The notes under the pieces are model-generated. The model did no database searches. It saw only the letters and a program-made list of their open reading frames with translations, and was not told the origin of the DNA. Shown here in pieces: positions 40,199-46,610 of a stretch of 46,610 nt of DNA. Each line of letters begins with the position of its first letter. Positions within the stretch are counted from its first letter, which is position 1. A program made the position numbers and the translations under genes. The stretch is from Hydrogenophilales bacterium 17-61-9 (GTDB lineage: Bacteria > Pseudomonadota > Gammaproteobacteria > Burkholderiales > Thiobacillaceae). The DNA lies in NCBI GenBank assembly GCA_002256785.1, contig NCIF01000004.1, positions 1-46,610 of the forward strand, in the 5' to 3' direction.

Positions 40199-40944
40199 TC
40201 AGGCGGGCGGCTCACCCATTAATGGCTTCATCGCCGTCAGCATGCTGTTGTAGATGCGCGGGTGGGTTTTTTCCTGCTCGGCCAGCATCTGCTTCATCGC
40301 GTAGCGCTGCTGCGGTTTGGCAAAGCACGCCGGGCAGTTTTCGAAAATCACCGGCAGGCCGGAATCTGCCGCAAACGCGCGGGTCTGGCGCTCGCGCGCA
40401 TAGACAAATGGCCGGATGATGCGCAGGTCGCCGGCGTCGTTGAGGTAATGCGGCGACATGGTCCGCAGCTTGCCGCCGAACAGCATCGACATCATCAGCG
40501 TTTCAGCGAGATCGTCCAGATGCTGCGCCAGCGCGACCACATTGCAGCCTTGCTCGCGCGCGACGCGGTAGAGAATGCCGCGCCGCATCCTTGAACAATA
40601 CGCACAGTAGGAATCGGAATCCCTGGTCAGGGTTTTTTGCGCTTCGGCCAGAATCGGCTGCGATTCCAGAAAGTAGGGCACGCCGAGCCCGGCCATGTAC
40701 GGGATCAATGGCGACGGGTCGTACTGGTCGGACTGCGGGTCGACCGTGCACGCCAGCAGCTCGAACTTCACCGGGGCCTTCTGTTGCAGATGGTGCAGCG
40801 TGTGCAGCAGCGCCAGCGAATCCTTGCCGCCCGACAGCCCCAGCAGGATGCGGTCGCCGTTGCGGATCATGCGGTAGTCGCCGATGGCGCGCCCGGCGGC
40901 GGTGGCGAGCGAGCGCGACGGTTTGACCCAGCCGGTTGCCGTAT

Positions 40945-40948
<4 letters not shown>
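40199..40948 (-). CDS. ttcA: tRNA 2-thiocytidine biosynthesis TtcA-family protein
   Basis: PP-loop SGGKDS, CAYCSRMRRG, HLDD, IIRP, second CxxC (CPAC). Confidence 0.85.
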
Positions 40949-42701
<1,753 letters not shown>

Positions 42702-42705
<4 letters not shown>

Positions 42706-44144
42706 AGCAGCAGGATCGTGGCGAGGCCGAGGAAGATGAAAAAGCCCATGCTGTCGGTGATGAAGGTGAGCAGCACCGACGAGCCGATGGCCGGGTCGCG
42801 GTTCATGCGCTCCAGCGCCATCGGGATGAAGATGCCCGCCAGCGCGGCCACCAGCAGGTTCAGCAGCATCGCCAGCGCCATCACGCCGCCCAGCGCCGGG
42901 TAGTCGTACAGCAGCCAGGCGAAGACGCCGACCACCGATCCCCACACCAGGCCGTTCAACAGGGCGACGCTGATTTCCTTGAGCACCAGGCGGCGCGCGT
43001 TGGCCGTGGTGATATGGCCCAGCGCCAGGCCGCGTATGATCAGCGTGATGGTCTGGTTGCCGGAGTTGCCGCCGATGCCCGCAATGATCGGCATCAACGC
43101 CGCTAGCGCGGCGAGTTTTTCGATGCTGCCTTCAAACGTGCCGATCACGCGCGAAGCGATAAAGGCCGTGCACAGATTGAGCGCCAGCCACATCCAGCGG
43201 TTTTTCGCCGCGTGCCACACCGACGAGAACAGGTCTTCCTCTTCCTGCAGGCCGGCCATCGACAGCATGTCTGAATCCGCCGACTCGCGGATGTGGTCGA
43301 CCACCGCATCAACCGTCACCCGGCCGATCAGCCGCCCCGCCGCATCCACCACCGGCGCCATCACAAGGTCGTAGCGCTCGAACGCTTGCGAAGCCTCGTC
43401 GGCTGCGTCTTCGGGCTGGAATTTGACGAAATCCTCAACCATCACCGCCGCCACCGAAACCTCGGGATCGGTCGTCAGCAATCGCTTCAGCGGTAAAACG
43501 CCGATGATCGCGTCGTCGTGGTCGACCACGAACAGCTTGTCCAGCTGGTCGGGCAGCTCACCCAGCCGGCGCAGGTAGCGCAGCGCCACTTCCAGCGTCA
43601 CGTCGGCGCGGATCGTCACCATCTCGAAGTCCATCAGCGCGCCCACCGTGTCTTCCGGGTAGGCCAGCGCCGACTGCAGGTGCGCGCGCTTTTGCGCATC
43701 CAGCGTGGTCAACAGTTCGGTGATCACGTCGTGCGGCAGGTCGGCCGCGATGTCGGCGATTTCGTCGGTGTCGAGCGACTCGGCGGCGGCCAGCAGCTCC
43801 GCCTTGTTCATGGCCTCGATCAGCGATTCACGGACCGAGTCGGAGACTTCCAGCAGGATCTCGCCGTTGTGCTCCGGGTCGACCAGATCCCACACCAGCC
43901 GCCGCTCGTTCAGCGGCAAGGCTTCCAGAATGTAGGCGATGTCGGCCGGGTGCAGGGCTTCCAGCTTGCGCTGCAACTCCGCCAGGTTTTGCTTGTGGAC
44001 CAGATTCTCGACCAGTGCCTGACGCGGCCCGCCCTGCTTGTGGACGAGATCCTCCACCAGACGCATCCTGGCGAGCAGGGACTGCACCTGCACGAGATGG
44101 GCTTCGAGATTGTCCTGCGACTGGTTTTCGAGGGAATCGGTCAT
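42702..44144 (-). CDS. mgtE: Magnesium transporter MgtE
   Basis: LHPADIA N-domain, CBS pair, PIIAGIGGNSGNQ, DPAIGSSVLLTFITD. Start ATG 44144. Confidence 0.95.
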
Positions 44145-44227
44145 AAGGCGGTTTGGGCAAAAAGCCCCGCGATTGTAACGCGCCAGAGTTTGCCGGCGTG
44201 TCCCGGCTTGGCTAAATGCTGCCAAAG

Positions 44228-44385
44228 TCGACCAATAGCGGGCTTACCCCGATGGGGATTTCTTTGGGTCGCAAAGCAAAATTGACCCGCAATGGACTTC
44301 AGGGATTTTCGGCGGACGTCTCATGTTCGGCCAAAGCGGCTGTTGGCAATTCGACGAACACAGGTCTGCTCGACTCAAAAAGCGG
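44228..44385. repeat. Three degenerate direct repeats at the island boundary
   Basis: TCGACCAATAGCGG (44228-44241), TCGGCCAAAGCGG (44327-44339), TCGACTCAAAAAGCGG (44370-44385). Confidence 0.5.
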
Positions 44386-44401
44386 CCATACGATGGAACC
44401 G

Positions 44402-45352
44402 TTAGCCCGAAATCCTCTGCGTCAACTTGCCACCTATATAGGCAACGACTATCACTCTGCTCGCTGCGTCCACCCGGAAATGAACCCGGCCCGGGAAGAC
44501 TCCATTGAAGCGAGTGTGCCAGTCGAAAAGTTCCTCCTTACCGGTCACATCGTCGTGTACCCAACATAGCTTTCGGCGCTGCTCATGCTCTGGAGTAGCC
44601 TTAGTAGAAAAATCCGGCCATCCGCTATCCGTTTTCCATTGGGTAACGTCTCTCGCCAGCGCAACGAGCGCCTCAACAGCATGAAGGAAAGGGGCGCCGC
44701 TGCCGCCCAATGTCAAGAGGTCCCTTTCCATCCGTGGTAGGAAGCGCAGGCCCGGAAATCTATCTCTTCGTTCACTCCAAATCTGATCGGCAGTTGGCAC
44801 CTCAGTGAGACCGAGCAGCCTCAGCCAATCCACATGCTCATCAGCATGCGCTGCTTGGCTGGCGTTTTTGATGCGACTATCGGACTCAAGCAGATTCCCA
44901 ACGTCATCCAGTGTGCGGTAGGACGTCTCGACCCATCCTTGAGACCAGTCCGGATGGGCGTCGAAGCTGACCGTCGCTGAGTCCAATAGCGTGGCCCACG
45001 CAAGCGCGTTGGACGAAACCTGTCCCGGTCGCGTACGGAACTCCATGTCTTCGATCTCTTGTGACATCCTGTCCTGCAGTCCCGACGAGAAAGGGGATCG
45101 GTCGCTGAGCCCTCGGACGAAGTCCCATTCTTCTTTGAAGGCGTTTCCCCCAAGGACCGCTTGCAGAGTCCAGTCATCGGAGATCTGATACTGGGCGATC
45201 GGCCGCGCCGTATTCAGCGCGATCCTGCTGTTGATTCTGCGAAGGCGTCTCAGCGTAGCGAGCAGCGTCCTGGCGGTTTGTTCTGCACGGGCTCGATCTA
45301 TCGTACCGATATGACGCGACGCATCGTCAAGAAACAGAACGGGTATCGTCAT
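44402..45352 (-). CDS. Putative defence effector (Menshen NsnC-like; RelE/ParE-like C-terminus)
   Basis: 316-aa ORF starting 3 nt after the ATPase stop; C-terminal FDWHTRF...PGRVHF...IVVAYIGGKL. The fold assignment is inference. Confidence 0.55.
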   Translation of the reverse strand: MTIPVLFLDDASRHIGTIDRARAEQTARTLLATLRRLRRINSRIALNTARPIAQYQISDDWTLQAVLGGNAFKEEWDFVRGLSDRSPFSSGLQDRMSQEIEDMEFRTRPGQVSSNALAWATLLDSATVSFDAHPDWSQGWVETSYRTLDDVGNLLESDSRIKNASQAAHADEHVDWLRLLGLTEVPTADQIWSERRDRFPGLRFLPRMERDLLTLGGSGAPFLHAVEALVALARDVTQWKTDSGWPDFSTKATPEHEQRRKLCWVHDDVTGKEELFDWHTRFNGVFPGRVHFRVDAASRVIVVAYIGGKLTQRISG

Positions 45353-45355
45353 TGT

Positions 45356-46492
45356 TCAGGGCTCAAGCAATTCATCCAGCGCTTTGCTCCATTCATCGAA
45401 GAAGCCGTCTGGCCAGTCGCTGAAGCGGCCGTTGGCATGCAGGACCGGCGAGGTGATTGAAGATTCGCCACTCTCGATGTCGCGGGAGAAGAAATGCACA
45501 GCAACGTTTTCGTTCGGAATCTCGGCGCGTTTCGCAGCGATCCGAATGCCATTGAGCACGTGATCACTATGTGTTTCGACGATGATCTGTACCCCATCTG
45601 CAGCGCAGCGGGCCAAGAGCTGCCCTAGCGCCGATTGGCCTCGCGGATGAAGATGTGCTTCAGGATTTTCAAGCAGAAGTAGCGCGCCCTGGGGAGCAGA
45701 TAAGCACGCTACGATGATCGGCAAACAATAGGTCAGTCCGAAACCGACATTTGACGGACGATGGTCGCGACCACCTGAATCCATCGAAATCCCCGTGTAC
45801 GAAAAGCGGAGAGAGGTAGCATCGGCGAGATCGACAGCCACTGCATGCGGTCGTACGCCTGGACTCAATTGCTGAAGCCACCCGGAAGTCTGGTCAATCA
45901 ATCTTTCTGTCGGTGCAACCTGCTTGAAGAGGGCGGCCGGTAGTGATGCGTGCTCGCTCGGAAAAAGCCGTCGAGGCGAAACTTTCATGTCCTCATTGCG
46001 AAGCAAAAAATCGACTGTGTACTCGCCGCCGCACCCAAGCCACCCGCTGGCCCGCTCCAGAGTGCTTGCTTGCTCATATTGGGCCGCGGGCGTTATGCGG
46101 TCGGCCTGGATGAACTGAAATCCAGTCGCCAGTTGGACAGCGACGTCGTCAACATCCCCTTCGCATCTAAGCTGCAACGTATCTACTCCGGCAATTGCTG
46201 GAGCTGACATGCGTGTTTCGCCATTTGGCGTCGTGACTACAAACCTGATCTCGTCGTCTGTGGCATTTTCGAATCGCACATCCTCGCTGCGACCGAGGCG
46301 AACGAGCGCCCCTCGCAGGACAAGCTCCTGCACATCCTTGCCGACTTGTAGACTCTGTCGCAATAAGGCCAGCGCCTGTAGTACCGTGCTCTTCCCAGAG
46401 CCGTTGAGGCCCGCAAGCACCGTTAGTTGAGCGAGCTTGACCGGTAAGTCACGCGCAGACTTGAAATTGTGAAGTTCGATGCGTTCAAGCAT
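45356..46492 (-). CDS. ABC-type (AAA_15/AAA_21) ATPase with C-terminal DUF3696 (Menshen NsnB-like)
   Basis: IELHNFKS, Walker A GLNGSGKS, VGFGLTYCLPII, Walker B LLLENPEAHLHP, ETHSDH, C-terminal G..SDWPDGFFDE. Confidence 0.85.
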   Translation of the reverse strand: MLERIELHNFKSARDLPVKLAQLTVLAGLNGSGKSTVLQALALLRQSLQVGKDVQELVLRGALVRLGRSEDVRFENATDDEIRFVVTTPNGETRMSAPAIAGVDTLQLRCEGDVDDVAVQLATGFQFIQADRITPAAQYEQASTLERASGWLGCGGEYTVDFLLRNEDMKVSPRRLFPSEHASLPAALFKQVAPTERLIDQTSGWLQQLSPGVRPHAVAVDLADATSLRFSYTGISMDSGGRDHRPSNVGFGLTYCLPIIVACLSAPQGALLLLENPEAHLHPRGQSALGQLLARCAADGVQIIVETHSDHVLNGIRIAAKRAEIPNENVAVHFFSRDIESGESSITSPVLHANGRFSDWPDGFFDEWSKALDELLEP

Positions 46493-46610
46493 GGATCGCC
46501 TCCTTGACGACCATGTTCAGAGCCGCGATGCGTGCGTTGGACGATTCGGCAGACCCAGTCCCGTACAGCAGAGACTGGATTAGCTCCTTGTTCTCGGCCA
46601 GCGCGGTGAC
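46485..46610 (-). CDS. 3' end of an upstream gene (partial; possibly DUF262 / NsnA-like)
   Basis: Open frame from the window edge: VTALAENKELIQSLLYGTGSAESSNARIAALNMVVKEAIHA*. It overlaps the ATPase start (ATGCTTGA) and contains its AAGGAGG RBS. Identity is inferred from context only. Confidence 0.5.
   Translation of the reverse strand, partial: VTALAENKELIQSLLYGTGSAESSNARIAALNMVVKEAIHA

Larger units (their letters stand above)
44215..46610. mobile_element. Left edge of a putative genomic (defence) island continuing past the window
   Basis: By eye, a shift to more A/T-ending codons relative to the flanking housekeeping genes, plus accessory gene content. No integrase or att site is visible in the window. 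Confidence 0.55.

Noticed and set aside
44395-44408. GGCTAAC at the effector stop as an integron attC inverse core
   Set aside because: It is an imperfect RYYYAAC, and I found no matching GTTRRRY core or long hairpin downstream.

Overview
This looks like chromosomal DNA from a GC-rich betaproteobacterium, probably Thiobacillus-like (inferred from gene order and protein sequences). From left to right: a Pil-Chp chemosensory cluster (pilGHIJ-chpA); two uncharacterised genes (Sfum_1244-like and a helical-repeat protein); a UPF0114 protein; hslUV and a STAS protein; an apparent metal (probably zinc) limitation operon (one-Cys dksA, COG0523 GTPase, yidD paralogue, RAPP-motif leader ORF, ZnuD-like TonB receptor); an RND pump, a lipoprotein and ppk2; the xerC-DUF484-dapF-acyltransferase operon; metK, ahcY and metF, with a SAM-II-like and an SAH riboswitch; a PAS-GGDEF-EAL protein; and the aminotransferase-ttcA-msbA-mgtE block. 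From about 44.2 kb lies the edge of a compositionally distinct island with a Menshen-like three-gene anti-phage module. The most notable observations are: (1) a His-rich RAPP arrest-peptide candidate between yidD and the TonB receptor; (2) two tandem hairpins with six compensatory base-pair changes at 32172-32272; (3) an in-frame loss of the conserved RAT tripeptide in AhcY; (4) the defence module with repeated motifs at its boundary; and (5) a heptamer-built 28-bp inverted repeat joining hslV to hslU. I saw no tRNA, rRNA or CRISPR array. All family calls come from motif recognition by eye; no database search was run.
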